DNA of 64,000 bases, taken from Ruminococcus flavefaciens (GTDB lineage Bacteria > Bacillota > Clostridia > Oscillospirales > Ruminococcaceae). Shown here in pieces: positions 49,650 through 60,257 of the stretch. The translations under genes were made by a program, and so were the position numbers. Location: NCBI GenBank assembly GCA_002310115.1, contig DBYI01000102.1:4732-68731 (forward strand). Reading direction: 5' to 3'. The notes beneath the pieces are model-generated. The model worked only from the letters and a program-made list of their open reading frames with translations. It had not been told where the DNA came from and did no database searches. How positions within the stretch are numbered: the first letter of the stretch is position 1; the number at the start of each line of letters is the position of its first letter.

Positions 49650-50420
49650 TTACTGTTCTCCGAACCATTTTATGCCGCATTCCGTATATCTTTTGATAAT
49701 GCCTCGTCTTAGCTTCCATGTATTCTCATGCACTTTTTTGTAAACATAATCGGTACGTGTAAAAGTCTCAACTTTGTTATCTGTATAGTTAAAGGCATAA
49801 TCGCTTACATCTGGCGGATTCATGTATTTGGGCTGAAAATAGAAATCTGGATTGAAAACTTCGTCGTCATACATCACTACTGATATTTCAGGGTTAAAAT
49901 CACAGATACTTTCAGCTTTTACAATATGGTCACCATCATATGTATAAACCGCTGCTTTTATCATTTTCAAGCCATTTTTATCTATTCTAATCGTACTGAA
50001 CTCCGCTGGTCTCCCCTTTTCATCAAAAAGAGTCAAGGTAAGCTCAAGAAGTATATGCTTAGGACTATTGAAAAGCACCTCTATTCGCCTTTTATGTATG
50101 GAGAAATACAGTTTTTCCATATATATATCATCATTTTTCCCATAATATACTGAGTAAACAGGGGCTTCATCATTCATATAATGAAAGGTAACGTATTCCT
50201 TTTTTCTAGGCGCTTTCATAAGCTTTCTTGGCTCAACGGTATTATCGAACATATCTGTGATATAATCGCAGCTGAAAGGTTCTATATATCCCTTACTCCA
50301 TATTTTAAGATTAGCGCTGTCAATATCGATACGTTCTCTAATCCTGTAGTAATCTGCATACTCTTCAGTTAATGTGTTCATAATATCCGCTGTTTCTTTT
50401 AACTTTTCTTCAGAAAACAT
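49650..50420 (-). CDS. Hypothetical protein
   Basis: 256-aa ORF with GGGGAG SD; no recognised motif. Confidence 0.65.
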   Translation of the reverse strand: MFSEEKLKETADIMNTLTEEYADYYRIRERIDIDSANLKIWSKGYIEPFSCDYITDMFDNTVEPRKLMKAPRKKEYVTFHYMNDEAPVYSVYYGKNDDIYMEKLYFSIHKRRIEVLFNSPKHILLELTLTLFDEKGRPAEFSTIRIDKNGLKMIKAAVYTYDGDHIVKAESICDFNPEISVVMYDDEVFNPDFYFQPKYMNPPDVSDYAFNYTDNKVETFTRTDYVYKKVHENTWKLRRGIIKRYTECGIKWFGEQ

Positions 50421-50468
50421 ACACTCTCCCCCAAAAACAATTTCAGGCGGTCAATGACCGCCTGCTCA

Positions 50469-50714
50469 TTATGCATTAAGATAAGATCTCACAAGTACTT
50501 GTAAAAGCTCGTCACGATCGATATGACGGATTAGGCTTCTTGCATTATTGTATGTCGTGATGTATGTAGGATCTTCAGAAAGTATATATCCTACTATCTG
50601 ATTAACAGGATTATAACCCTTCTGCGTAAGTGCATCATAAATGATAGTTAGATTTTTCTTGAGTTCTGCTTCCCTGTCCTCATTAACAGAAAAAGTCATG
50701 GTTTTATCAAACAT
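50469..50714 (-). CDS. IreB family regulatory phosphoprotein (UPF0297)
   Basis: [27 protein letters not shown]...AR..I...DRDEL. Confidence 0.93.
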   Translation of the reverse strand: MFDKTMTFSVNEDREAELKKNLTIIYDALTQKGYNPVNQIVGYILSEDPTYITTYNNARSLIRHIDRDELLQVLVRSYLNA

Positions 50715-50951
50715 AGTATCAGCCTCCCGCTGTTGTGGAATACTTCTGATGGAACGCTAACGGATCAAACAAGAAGCTTGTATTAATATTATAACCTAAA
50801 TACTACATCAATGCAAGTATAATCTCGTATTTTTCATGATTTGAACGAATTTAATTGTTGATTTTATGAATATTGCACAGCCTTAGCTTCAAAAAAATGT
50901 CATTTAACGCCTAAATTCCACAAGACCTAGATCAATGTTGTATGTTTCTCA

Positions 50952-51491
50952 CTAGTGCTTTATCTCGCAGACGGATATCACAAATTTACCATTGCAAACT
51001 AAATACTGCCTAAAGCGACACCCTTGCAGCTCAGTGACTATATCTCCGTTCCTAAAGCTGAATTCTGCAGTATTAAGCGGATAAGAAATGCCGGTACCAA
51101 GCGCCTTAACATACGCTTCTTTCAGAGTCCAGAGCCTGAAAAAAAGCTCATTTTTCTTATTCTCTATAGCATTTTCAACTATTTCACGCTCTTTTTCAGA
51201 AAAAGCTCTTTTCATCACATTTGGACGATACTCCCTCACCCTTTCACAGTCGATTCCGCACTCAAAGTCCGAAACTATACAAGCAGCTATTCCGTCAGCA
51301 TGGGATATGTTATAATGTATATCAGGACACAAAGCAAGAAAAGGTTTTCCCATTTTCCCTTTTATTATTTTGGTTTTCTCGTTATAGTCTATACCGTATG
51401 AGCGAAGGCACTCACGAAGAAGCCTGTGCGCGTGGGCATGGAGCTCACGCTTTTCCATATCTTTTATAGAGATCATAAGCATATTCATCAC
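50952..51491 (-). CDS. 4'-phosphopantetheinyl transferase (Sfp-like)
   Basis: GKP, YNISH, GIDCE, F..WTLKEAY.KA.G.G. Confidence 0.9.
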   Translation of the reverse strand: MMNMLMISIKDMEKRELHAHAHRLLRECLRSYGIDYNEKTKIIKGKMGKPFLALCPDIHYNISHADGIAACIVSDFECGIDCERVREYRPNVMKRAFSEKEREIVENAIENKKNELFFRLWTLKEAYVKALGTGISYPLNTAEFSFRNGDIVTELQGCRFRQYLVCNGKFVISVCEIKH

Positions 51492-51638
51492 CTAATCGCA
51501 TTATACCATATTATCAGGTTAATAGCAATATCAGCAAAGGGAAAGCCGATAATCTTATAATTCTCTTATAATTTCAGTCACTAAACCAAGTTTGTGAATT
51601 ATGCGCTTATACAACATTAATTATACTTAATAAGTGGA

Positions 51639-51675
51639 AGTGACAAATGTCACTCTCAAAGTGACATTTGTCACC
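51639..51675. promoter_or_regulatory. Tandem palindromic operator-like sites
   Basis: AGTGACAAATGTCACT and AGTGACATTTGTCACC, 21 bp apart. Confidence 0.55.
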
Positions 51676-51983
51676 TTGCTATAATTCGTTGAAAATGATA
51701 TTATCATATCATGATATAGTTTAATAAACAAGCTCATCCTGGCATGATATTGGGATTATTTGGGATTTTGGGTGATAAAAATGTCATAGCTAAGTGTATA
51801 GAATATCACGCTGACTAGCTTGTTATGGTTGTATTCTCGATAGAACTTTTCAGACTTTTTGTTCATTGGTTTCATTGACATCTGGCCACACCTCAGAGAT
51901 TAGCAACTTCTTGCTGAAAGAGGCAAAATAAACCTGTTTCATGAAGTTAACTCGCAGAAATAATCAGGCAAAGGAGATTTCTT

Positions 51984-52214
51984 ATGGAGCTTTTTCAGAT
52001 AATTATTTGGCTGACCATTTTATTCGGAATCCCTGCGATAATAATCACTTTTTTCATCATCGCTCTAGTGAGATTTTGCAAAACTCCGAAAAATTCACCT
52101 GAAAGAAGTACAAAAAAGGTCTTAATGATAGTCTCAGCAACGCTTCTCGGACTTCTAATAGCAGGAATAACATTCTTGGCAATATCATTCACTTTAGCTA
52201 TGAACCATATGTGA
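51984..52214 (+). CDS. Small two-TM membrane protein
   Basis: SD AAAGGAG; two hydrophobic helices. Confidence 0.7.
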   Translation: MELFQIIIWLTILFGIPAIIITFFIIALVRFCKTPKNSPERSTKKVLMIVSATLLGLLIAGITFLAISFTLAMNHM

Positions 52215-52229
52215 GTAGAGGCGATAATT

Positions 52230-52367
52230 ATGAAAGACAGGACATTTAAGCTTATCATAACGACAATAACTGTGATAGGTATACTATCAACAGCTGCACT
52301 CATATGGTACACCTGCCAACTGCGTGAGACCTGTTCAATAGTCTCCTATGTAGCAAATGGGCGGTGA
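52230..52367 (+). CDS. Small single-TM protein (45 aa)
   Basis: Below the ORF-track cutoff: MKDRTFKLIITTITVIGILSTAALIWYTCQLRETCSIVSYVANGR; GAGG SD; fills the gap to the next gene. Confidence 0.55.
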   Translation: MKDRTFKLIITTITVIGILSTAALIWYTCQLRETCSIVSYVANGR

Positions 52368-52371
52368 TATT

Positions 52372-53325
52372 ATGGATAACGGAAGAAAAGTAGCGGTAAT
52401 TCTCGCGCTAATCAGCATATTTATTGGGTTTGATGCGGCAATATACAATCTATTTACCAAACGCTGCATAGACACAACAAGCAAGGAAATGCAACAGTAT
52501 TCTGTGGAACTCCACCGCTATATGCCTTTTGACAATAACTCTGAGGCGGTAAAAGTAGAATCAGATCTAAAATTCACGAAGGAGTTGCCGGTACTTGATG
52601 GTGCTGCAGCCCTATATCCCATATTTTCGGGAATTGTTAACTCCGTATATCCCGAAGATTGCATCAGATTCGATAATGGCGGCTTTGCCCCTGAAAGCGC
52701 CCTTCACTTCACAAACACAAAAGGAGCATATAAGGCCGTGGTTGATGGTGACGCTGATGTCATCTTCTGCGCCCGGCCCTCAGAATCTCAGCTGAAATAT
52801 GCTGAAGATAACGGTACTGAGTTAGAAATTGTGGATATTGGCAGGGAAGCCTTTGTTTTTATCGTAAATAAAGAAAATCCCGTTGACGGACTGGCAATGA
52901 ATCAGGTTAAAGACATATTTTCGGGAAAGATAAAAAACTGGTCAGAGGTCGGCGGTGAAAACCTGCCAGTTGATGCTCTTTCACGCAATGAAGGAAGCGG
53001 AAGTCAAACCACAATGGACAAATTTATGGGTGGAACGAAACAGAAATGCAGCCCCTTCGGTGCTTTTGGGCGCTCCATAGGATATTCATTCCGCTATTAC
53101 GTTGATAATATGGTAGGTTGCGAGGGTGTGAAAAAGCTCGAACTCGATGGCATTTCTCCAAATAAGGAGCATATTGCCGATGGAAGTTATCCACTTGCAA
53201 GCACGTTCTGTGCCGTTTATAGGAAAGACAACACCAATCCTCATGTAAAAGAACTAATAGACTGGGTATTGTCTGAAAAGGGACAGGAAATCATCGAAAA
53301 GGCAGGCTATATACCTCTTGGATAA
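52372..53325 (+). CDS. PstS-like substrate-binding (PBP_like) protein with N-terminal anchor
   Basis: LDGAAALYP, EAFVFIVN..NPV..L...Q...IFSG.I.NW.EVGG, R..GSGSQ. Confidence 0.8.
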   Translation: MDNGRKVAVILALISIFIGFDAAIYNLFTKRCIDTTSKEMQQYSVELHRYMPFDNNSEAVKVESDLKFTKELPVLDGAAALYPIFSGIVNSVYPEDCIRFDNGGFAPESALHFTNTKGAYKAVVDGDADVIFCARPSESQLKYAEDNGTELEIVDIGREAFVFIVNKENPVDGLAMNQVKDIFSGKIKNWSEVGGENLPVDALSRNEGSGSQTTMDKFMGGTKQKCSPFGAFGRSIGYSFRYYVDNMVGCEGVKKLELDGISPNKEHIADGSYPLASTFCAVYRKDNTNPHVKELIDWVLSEKGQEIIEKAGYIPLG

Positions 53326-53414
53326 TAATTACTTATTTTTCGTTTAAATGCCTGAATACTGTGATATTATGATGAAATAGCGGACTCTGTCCGCTGTTTC
53401 TGTATAATAGGTAT

Positions 53415-53443
53415 TGACAAACAGTGTCGTTTGATGTAAAATA
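53415..53443 (+). promoter_or_regulatory. Sigma-A promoter of secA
   Basis: TTGACA-17 bp-TAAAAT. Confidence 0.75.
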
Positions 53444-53507
53444 TATTATGTCTAATTATATGAATTATCAGACCTATATTATAATAAAGTAAAGGCGGAA
53501 AACAAAA

Positions 53508-56270
53508 ATGGGTTTATTCAAAAACATTTTTGGTGCGAATGCTTACTCCAACCGTGAGCTTAAGCGTATCGAACCAATAAAGAATAAAGTTCTCGAGCTT
53601 GACGAGGAATATCAGGCTCTATCTGACGCGGAGCTCAAGGCTAAAACCGCAGAGTTCAAAGAAAGACTTGAAGACGGTGAAACTCTTGATGATATCCTCC
53701 CCGAGGCTCTTGCTACCGTAAGAGAAGCTGCTTGGCGTGTTCTCGAGAAGAAACCCTATCCAGTTCAGATAATCGGTGCTATCGTTCTTCATCAGGGACG
53801 TATCGCTGAAATGAAAACAGGTGAAGGTAAAACTCTCGTTGCCTGCGTTGCTTCATATCTCAATGCTCTCTCAGGTCTCGGCGTTCACGTTGTTACAGTT
53901 AATGACTATCTCGCTAAGACACAGGCAGAGGAAATGGGCAAGGTACTTCGCTGGTTGGGACTTACAGTAGGATGTATTCTCCACGGCCTCAACAACGATC
54001 AGCGCCGTGCAGCATATAACTGTGACGTTACCTATGCTACAAACAACGAGCTTGGCTTCGATTACCTCCGTGACAACATGGTAACTCACAAGGAAGAGCG
54101 CGTTCAACGTGCTCCTAACTTTGCTATCGTGGACGAGGTTGACTCTATCCTCATAGACGAAGCGCGTACTCCTCTTATCATTTCAGGACGTGGTGACAAA
54201 TCCACAGACCTTTATGCAATTGTTGACCGCTTTGCTAAAACTCTTACTTCAACTACAGTCGTTGAAATGGACGACAAGGTAGATCAAGAGTCTATTAACG
54301 ATACAGCCGATTACATCATCGACGAAAAGGCCAAGACCGCTACTATCACACAACGTGGTGTCAAAAAGGCTGAGGAAGCGTTCAGAGTTGAGAATCTTAT
54401 GGATTCTGAAAATATGACTCTCCTCCACCATATAAATCAGGCTATCAAGGCAAACGGCGTAATGAAAAACGATATTGACTACGTTGTCAAGGACGGCGAA
54501 ATCATCATCGTTGACGAATTTACAGGTCGTCTTATGATGGGTCGTCGTTTCAACGACGGTCTCCACCAGGCTATTGAGGCTAAGGAAGGCGTTAAGATCA
54601 AGAGTGAGTCAAAGACTCTAGCTACTATCACCTTCCAGAATTTCTTCCGTCTTTATACAAAACTTTCAGGTATGACAGGTACTGCTATGACAGAAGAAGA
54701 CGAGTTCAAGGAAATCTACAAACTTGACGTTATCGCAGTTCCGACAAATAAGCCTGTTATCCGTATTGACCACAACGATCAGGTGTATACTACAGAAAAG
54801 GGCAAGTATATCGCTATTATCAACAAAATAATTGAGTGTCACGAAAAAGGTCAGCCTATCCTCGTTGGTACAGTATCCATCGAGAAATCAGAGCTTCTCT
54901 CCGCTATGCTCAAGAGAAAGGGCGTAAAGCACGAGGTACTTAACGCAAAGCATCATGCAAAGGAAGCAGAAATCGTTGCACAGGCAGGTAAATACGGTGC
55001 TGTTACTATTGCTACCAATATGGCAGGTCGTGGTACCGATATCATGCTGGGCGGTAATGCCGAATTCCTGGCAAGAGCTGAATTAAGGAAACGCGAGATC
55101 CCAGAGGAAATCATCACTGAGGCTATTGGCTTCGCAGATACAGACAACGAGGAAGTTATTGCAGCAAGAAAACTCTATCGTGAACTGTATGATAAATACA
55201 ACGCAGAAGTCAAGGAAAAGGCTGTTGCAGTCAAGGAGGCCGGAGGACTTTATATCCTCGGTACAGAACGTCATGAATCACGCCGTATTGATAATCAGCT
55301 TCGCGGACGTTCAGGACGTCAGGGCGACGAAGGCGAAAGCTGCTTCTTCCTTTCTGTTGAAGACAACCTCATGCGTATATTCGCTGGAGACCGTCTTGAA
55401 AACCTCATGAAGACTCTCAATGTTGACGAGAATACTCCTATTGAGAGCAAAATGCTCACAAGGATAATCGAATCCTCGCAGAAGAAGGTCGAAGGTCAGA
55501 ACTTCAGCATAAGAAAGAACGTCCTAAATTACGACGACGTTATGAATACACAGCGTGAGATCATCTACAAGCAGAGATCACAGGTTCTCGACGGAGAAGA
55601 TCTCCACGAGAGCATTCTCAAGATGATGGAAGATCTCATAAATACAACAGTCGATAATTACCTTGTTGACAACGAGATAAAGGATGACTGGAACATTGTC
55701 GGTCTAAAGGAGCACTTCCTCGGCTGGCTTATTGGTCCCGAGGATCTCAACTTCACAGATGAAGAACTCCAGGAAGTTTCCAAGGAAGACATAGTCAATG
55801 CTCTTAGCAGCAAGGCAGGCGAAATATACGAAGCTAAAGAAGCCGAATACGGCTCAGAAGTCATGCGTGAGCTCGAAAGAGTTATACTCCTCAAGGTGGT
55901 TGATACCAAGTGGATGGCACATATCGATGATATGGAAGAGCTCAAGAAGGGCATCGGTCTCCGTTCATACGGTCAGAAGAACCCTGTTATCGAATATCGT
56001 TACGAAGGCTTCGAAATGTTTGATGCTATGGTAGATTCTATCCGTGAGGATACTATCCGTATGCTCCTTACAGTAAGACTTCAAACAAATGAAGCTCCTG
56101 AGCGCGAACAGGTTGCACAGCCAGATGCTCCTAATGCTGGCGCAGGCGATGGCAGCTTCTCAGACGAGCCTGTACGTGCAAAGAAGATCGGTGATAACGA
56201 TCCTTGTCCATGCGGAAGCGGCAAAAAATATAAAAAGTGCTGCAAAGCAAAGGACATGGCAGGCAAGTAA
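53508..56270 (+). CDS. secA: Preprotein translocase ATPase SecA
   Basis: [44 protein letters not shown]-terminal [12 protein letters not shown]. Confidence 0.99.
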   Translation: MGLFKNIFGANAYSNRELKRIEPIKNKVLELDEEYQALSDAELKAKTAEFKERLEDGETLDDILPEALATVREAAWRVLEKKPYPVQIIGAIVLHQGRIAEMKTGEGKTLVACVASYLNALSGLGVHVVTVNDYLAKTQAEEMGKVLRWLGLTVGCILHGLNNDQRRAAYNCDVTYATNNELGFDYLRDNMVTHKEERVQRAPNFAIVDEVDSILIDEARTPLIISGRGDKSTDLYAIVDRFAKTLTSTTVVEMDDKVDQESINDTADYIIDEKAKTATITQRGVKKAEEAFRVENLMDSENMTLLHHINQAIKANGVMKNDIDYVVKDGEIIIVDEFTGRLMMGRRFNDGLHQAIEAKEGVKIKSESKTLATITFQNFFRLYTKLSGMTGTAMTEEDEFKEIYKLDVIAVPTNKPVIRIDHNDQVYTTEKGKYIAIINKIIECHEKGQPILVGTVSIEKSELLSAMLKRKGVKHEVLNAKHHAKEAEIVAQAGKYGAVTIATNMAGRGTDIMLGGNAEFLARAELRKREIPEEIITEAIGFADTDNEEVIAARKLYRELYDKYNAEVKEKAVAVKEAGGLYILGTERHESRRIDNQLRGRSGRQGDEGESCFFLSVEDNLMRIFAGDRLENLMKTLNVDENTPIESKMLTRIIESSQKKVEGQNFSIRKNVLNYDDVMNTQREIIYKQRSQVLDGEDLHESILKMMEDLINTTVDNYLVDNEIKDDWNIVGLKEHFLGWLIGPEDLNFTDEELQEVSKEDIVNALSSKAGEIYEAKEAEYGSEVMRELERVILLKVVDTKWMAHIDDMEELKKGIGLRSYGQKNPVIEYRYEGFEMFDAMVDSIREDTIRMLLTVRLQTNEAPEREQVAQPDAPNAGAGDGSFSDEPVRAKKIGDNDPCPCGSGKKYKKCCKAKDMAGK

Positions 56271-56457
56271 TACATAAACGGCAGATTTCTGCCGTTAACC
56301 GGGATTATAGATTAAAAAAGGGATGGGTTTCCATATCGTTCAATGCTTTGTGGATGGCAAGGGCTGCCTTAGAATAGCTTTTCACGGAAAAGCTTTTTGG
56401 CAGGTCTGCATAGATGAACGATATTTTGGAGAAAGAAAGGTTTTATGAGGTGACAAT

Positions 56458-57480
56458 ATGAAAAAGCTTATTTTTCCTGCTATTCTTCTTGCACTTCTCT
56501 CAGGCTGCGGTGAAATCACTGTAACGCCTGACAATAAGGATCTCAACGCAGTTTCGAGCAGTGAAAATGGCACTACTACAGATTTGCAAACATATGAGAC
56601 CGAAGCTACTACAGGTGAGATGTCAACGTCAAACGTTACTTCCTCAAAGTCTGCCGGCAAAAAGGTATCAGGAACAACTACTGCTGTTCATGCAACAAAT
56701 AATGTAATAGTATCTGCTACAAAGGCTTCAAACGACGGAGTCGTACACGGCACTACAAGATCGGTTCCGACTGTACACAGAAATACTACGGCTTCAAATG
56801 CAAATACAACTCCAACAACTGAAGAAGCAACCACACAAACAACTTCTTCCGATCCTAGAGATTATAGCAATATAAGTTTTTCACTTGGAACAAAGCCGAA
56901 TGAAATAGTGGTATCACGCAAAAACAAAAACGGGGAAGAAACACCGATCCAGCAGATTAAAGACCTGGATACAACCGAGATAGAAAACGAACTCAAAAAC
57001 GGTGAAAAGAAAAATCTAGAGGATTTTATCATCAGTGCTGATTTTGACGACGACAGCTATCCTGATATTTTCATTATCGAAAAAGAGGACGAATTAAACA
57101 CGACGGGCAAATATTACCGCTATGATCCTGAAAAAGGAATTTATGTAACATGGAAGGAAATGAACGCCCTTAAAAACCTTGTTAAGCTCGACACACTTAC
57201 AAAGGACAACGTAAATGTATTCGACATAAAGGATGAATTTGAGTACGAGTCAAAAACTTACAAATGGGATAGTAATCATAATCTTATTCTCAAAGTCATC
57301 GCTCATCAGTATAAAACTGATGATGATAACGTATACATCTTCTATACCGAGTATGACGATGAAGGTGAAGTAACAAAGAGTTACACCACAAATCTTGCTG
57401 GTGAGATTGTAGAAAAAAATCCTACAACTACTGAACCTACTACTGAACCTACAGAGCCGACTTCTGTAAATGAGGAATAA
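56458..57480 (+). CDS. Lipoprotein with Thr/Ser-rich linker
   Basis: Lipobox LSGC; T/S-rich region; DFDDD.YPD calcium-loop-like motif. Confidence 0.75.
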   Translation: MKKLIFPAILLALLSGCGEITVTPDNKDLNAVSSSENGTTTDLQTYETEATTGEMSTSNVTSSKSAGKKVSGTTTAVHATNNVIVSATKASNDGVVHGTTRSVPTVHRNTTASNANTTPTTEEATTQTTSSDPRDYSNISFSLGTKPNEIVVSRKNKNGEETPIQQIKDLDTTEIENELKNGEKKNLEDFIISADFDDDSYPDIFIIEKEDELNTTGKYYRYDPEKGIYVTWKEMNALKNLVKLDTLTKDNVNVFDIKDEFEYESKTYKWDSNHNLILKVIAHQYKTDDDNVYIFYTEYDDEGEVTKSYTTNLAGEIVEKNPTTTEPTTEPTEPTSVNEE

Positions 57481-57500
57481 AATAATAATAATAATAATAA
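57481..57500. repeat. (AAT)n microsatellite
   Basis: AATAATAATAATAATAATAA right after the lipoprotein stop. Confidence 0.8.
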
Positions 57501-57627
57501 CTTCTCCATACTGAGAAGAACATGACGGGCTGCGCCGCTATGGTCGCAGCCCGTTGTTTCAGCCACAGATATTATAAATATCTGACACAAGGATTATTAT
57601 CCTCAAATATAAACGAAAGAGGGTGCA

Positions 57628-58398
57628 ATGTTGAGCGGGTACAGTGTTTTTGCGCGATATTACGACGAGCTTACTGCAAATATAGACTATAATGAGCGCG
57701 GAAGATATTTTCACGAAATAATACAACGTTTCAAGACAACAAAGAATAATATTCTCCTTGACCTTGCCTGCGGTACAGGAAGTATATCTGAGGTCATGGC
57801 AGATCTTGGCTACGACGTCATCGGCGTAGATAATTCCGACGAAATGCTTAATGTCGCTCTCGATAAAAAGTTTGAAAGCAATGCAAATATACAGTATCTG
57901 TGTCAGGACATGCGAAAGCTGGATATGTTTGGCACAGTAGATGTCACTATCTGTGCTCTTGACAGCATAAATCATCTATCAAACCTTGACGACGTCAGGA
58001 AAGTTTTCGAGGGAGTTGCATTTTTCTCAGAACAGGATGGCCTTTTCATCTTCGATGTGAATACTCCATATAAACACCGTGAAATACTTGCAAACAACAC
58101 CTTTACGTATGAAACAGAACACGTTTACTGCGTTTGGGAAAATACTATCGATTCCAATACTTTAGAGGTAAAAATGGAACTCCAGTTTTTTGAACTGGAG
58201 AAAAACGGACTTTACTCCAGAAGCTCAGACGGCTTCTCGGAAAAAGCTTACTTTGAAGAGGATATCGAAAGACTCCTTAAAGAATGCGGTTTTGAAGTTA
58301 TCGGAAAATATAACGACGATAGTTTTGAACCTCCTAAATCCGATTCTCAGCGCATAGTCTACGTCACAAAATGTATCAGAAGCGGTCAGAAATACTGA
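57628..58398 (+). CDS. Class I SAM-dependent methyltransferase
   Basis: LDLACGTG, GVD.S.EML, QDMR.L, DSIN. Confidence 0.9.
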   Translation: MLSGYSVFARYYDELTANIDYNERGRYFHEIIQRFKTTKNNILLDLACGTGSISEVMADLGYDVIGVDNSDEMLNVALDKKFESNANIQYLCQDMRKLDMFGTVDVTICALDSINHLSNLDDVRKVFEGVAFFSEQDGLFIFDVNTPYKHREILANNTFTYETEHVYCVWENTIDSNTLEVKMELQFFELEKNGLYSRSSDGFSEKAYFEEDIERLLKECGFEVIGKYNDDSFEPPKSDSQRIVYVTKCIRSGQKY

Positions 58399-58412
58399 AA
58401 GGATAATTAGAA

Positions 58413-59285
58413 ATGGGTAATTTATACAGAGCGATATCTGCAGATGGTTCAGCCTTTGCGGAAGTACTTGACGCTAAGGATATAGTATCCGAAATCGAAC
58501 GCATACACAAAACCTCGGCTGTAATTACGGCAGGTCTCGGAAGACTTACCATAGCTGCCTCTCTCATGGGGTATATGCTAAAGGGCGACAACGACAGCGT
58601 TACTCTCCGCGTAGATGGCGGCGGTCCTTCAGGACAGCTTGTGGCTGTTGCAGACAGTAAAGGAAACGTAAAGAGCTGCGTAAACAATCCCGTTGTAGAA
58701 CTTCCACTGAATGCTCAGGGCAAGCTTGACGTTGGCGGAGCTGTTGGCAAAGACGGCACTCTATCGGTCGTCAAAGATATGGGACTGAAAGAGCCATACG
58801 TTGGTGTTATCCCTCTTATTTCGGGAGAAATTGCCGAGGATATCGCCAGCTACTACGCTACGAGCGAGCAGATACCTACAGTATGCAGTCTCGGAGTCCT
58901 CGTAAATCCCGACCTCACAGTAAAAGCGGCAGGTGGTTTCCTTGTGCAGCTTCTCCCTTTTGCGGATGAGAAGTGCATAGACATCATCGAGAAAAATGTT
59001 GCGAAGATACGCCCAGTTTCGGCTATGCTGGACGAGGGTATCACCCCCGAGGAGATAGCAGATATGCTCCTTAAAGGACTTGAGCCCAATGTACTGGATA
59101 CGGCTTCACCTGTATACAAGTGTGATTGCAGCCGTGAACGTACCGAAAAAGTCCTTATAAGTATCGGCAAGGATGAGCTGGGTTCTATTGCTGAGGAGGG
59201 CAAGGACACTTCTGTAAGCTGTCATTTCTGTGGTAAAGAGTACGTATTCACTCCCGACGAGATAAGAAAGCTCATAGGAGAATAA
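58413..59285 (+). CDS. hslO: Hsp33 redox-regulated chaperone
   Basis: GEIAED...Y...SEQ.P, AGGF.VQLLP, CDC...CHFC zinc centre. Confidence 0.95.
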   Translation: MGNLYRAISADGSAFAEVLDAKDIVSEIERIHKTSAVITAGLGRLTIAASLMGYMLKGDNDSVTLRVDGGGPSGQLVAVADSKGNVKSCVNNPVVELPLNAQGKLDVGGAVGKDGTLSVVKDMGLKEPYVGVIPLISGEIAEDIASYYATSEQIPTVCSLGVLVNPDLTVKAAGGFLVQLLPFADEKCIDIIEKNVAKIRPVSAMLDEGITPEEIADMLLKGLEPNVLDTASPVYKCDCSRERTEKVLISIGKDELGSIAEEGKDTSVSCHFCGKEYVFTPDEIRKLIGE

Positions 59286-59288
59286 AAC

Positions 59289-59963
59289 ATGAAATATCTT
59301 GCTATATTCGATCTTGACGGCACAATAGCTGATACTATCTGCGACCTTGGCGACGCGGTAAACTACGGACTTGAAAAGCTTGGCTGCCCCACTCATGACT
59401 ACACCGCATACAAGCGAATGGTAGGAAACGGCGCTAAGAAGCTCTGCTTCAGGGCTCTTCCCGAAAATAAACAAGACAAGGCCGAGGAGCTTTACCTCAT
59501 GTTCAAGGAGTATTACAGTCATCATTATCTTGACAAGACAAAGCTGTATGACGGCATGAAGGAAACGATGGAAAAGCTTCAAAACAACGGCGTTATCCTT
59601 GCAGTTGTCACAAATAAGCCTGAGGACGCCGCAAGGAAGATAGTAGCAAAGCTGCTCCCCGATATAAATTTTCTCTGTGTACTTGGAGGAAGCGACAAAA
59701 GGCCACTGAAACCCGATCCTGCCGCGATATTTGAGATATATTCCCTTCTTCCAGACGAGGAGGAGTTTTTCGTCGAAATGATCGGTGACAGCAATGTGGA
59801 CGTCCTGACCGCCAGCAATGTTAACATCGGTTTTATTGGCTGTTCATGGGGATTTCGCGGCCGTGAGGAGCTTGTAGCCTGCATACACGAATGCCAAAAA
59901 GCTGGTAGCTTCATTGCCGAAAAGCCCTCTGACATCGCTGATATCATATTATACGACGAATAA
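59289..59963 (+). CDS. HAD family hydrolase (phosphoglycolate phosphatase-like)
   Basis: FDLDGT, TNK, KPDP, IGDS..D, WGFR. Confidence 0.9.
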   Translation: MKYLAIFDLDGTIADTICDLGDAVNYGLEKLGCPTHDYTAYKRMVGNGAKKLCFRALPENKQDKAEELYLMFKEYYSHHYLDKTKLYDGMKETMEKLQNNGVILAVVTNKPEDAARKIVAKLLPDINFLCVLGGSDKRPLKPDPAAIFEIYSLLPDEEEFFVEMIGDSNVDVLTASNVNIGFIGCSWGFRGREELVACIHECQKAGSFIAEKPSDIADIILYDE

Positions 59964-60257
59964 AAGCCGCTATTATAATGTTATAATTCATTAAAAATCC
60001 AATATAAATATTATTGAGGTAATTCTTGGGAAAAGGTTTATCCCTCAAACTCCATTACCCAAACTTACAGTTTTAAATTTTCACAGTTAGCGTGCTCCCC
60101 GCATATTTTGCGGGGCTTTTTGCTTTAACTTCCTACCTGCAAAAAATATGAGTTAAAAGTCTTAGAAAAGTAATTCGGGAAAGAACCTTTCCTAAAAAAG
60201 GTTCTTCCCCGAGTAATAACTATAAACTACTGTATTAGTATAACATTTCCGCAGTGG

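Noticed and set aside
51760..51960. Possible degraded gene upstream of the small membrane ORFs
   Set aside because: No convincing ORF or recognisable motif
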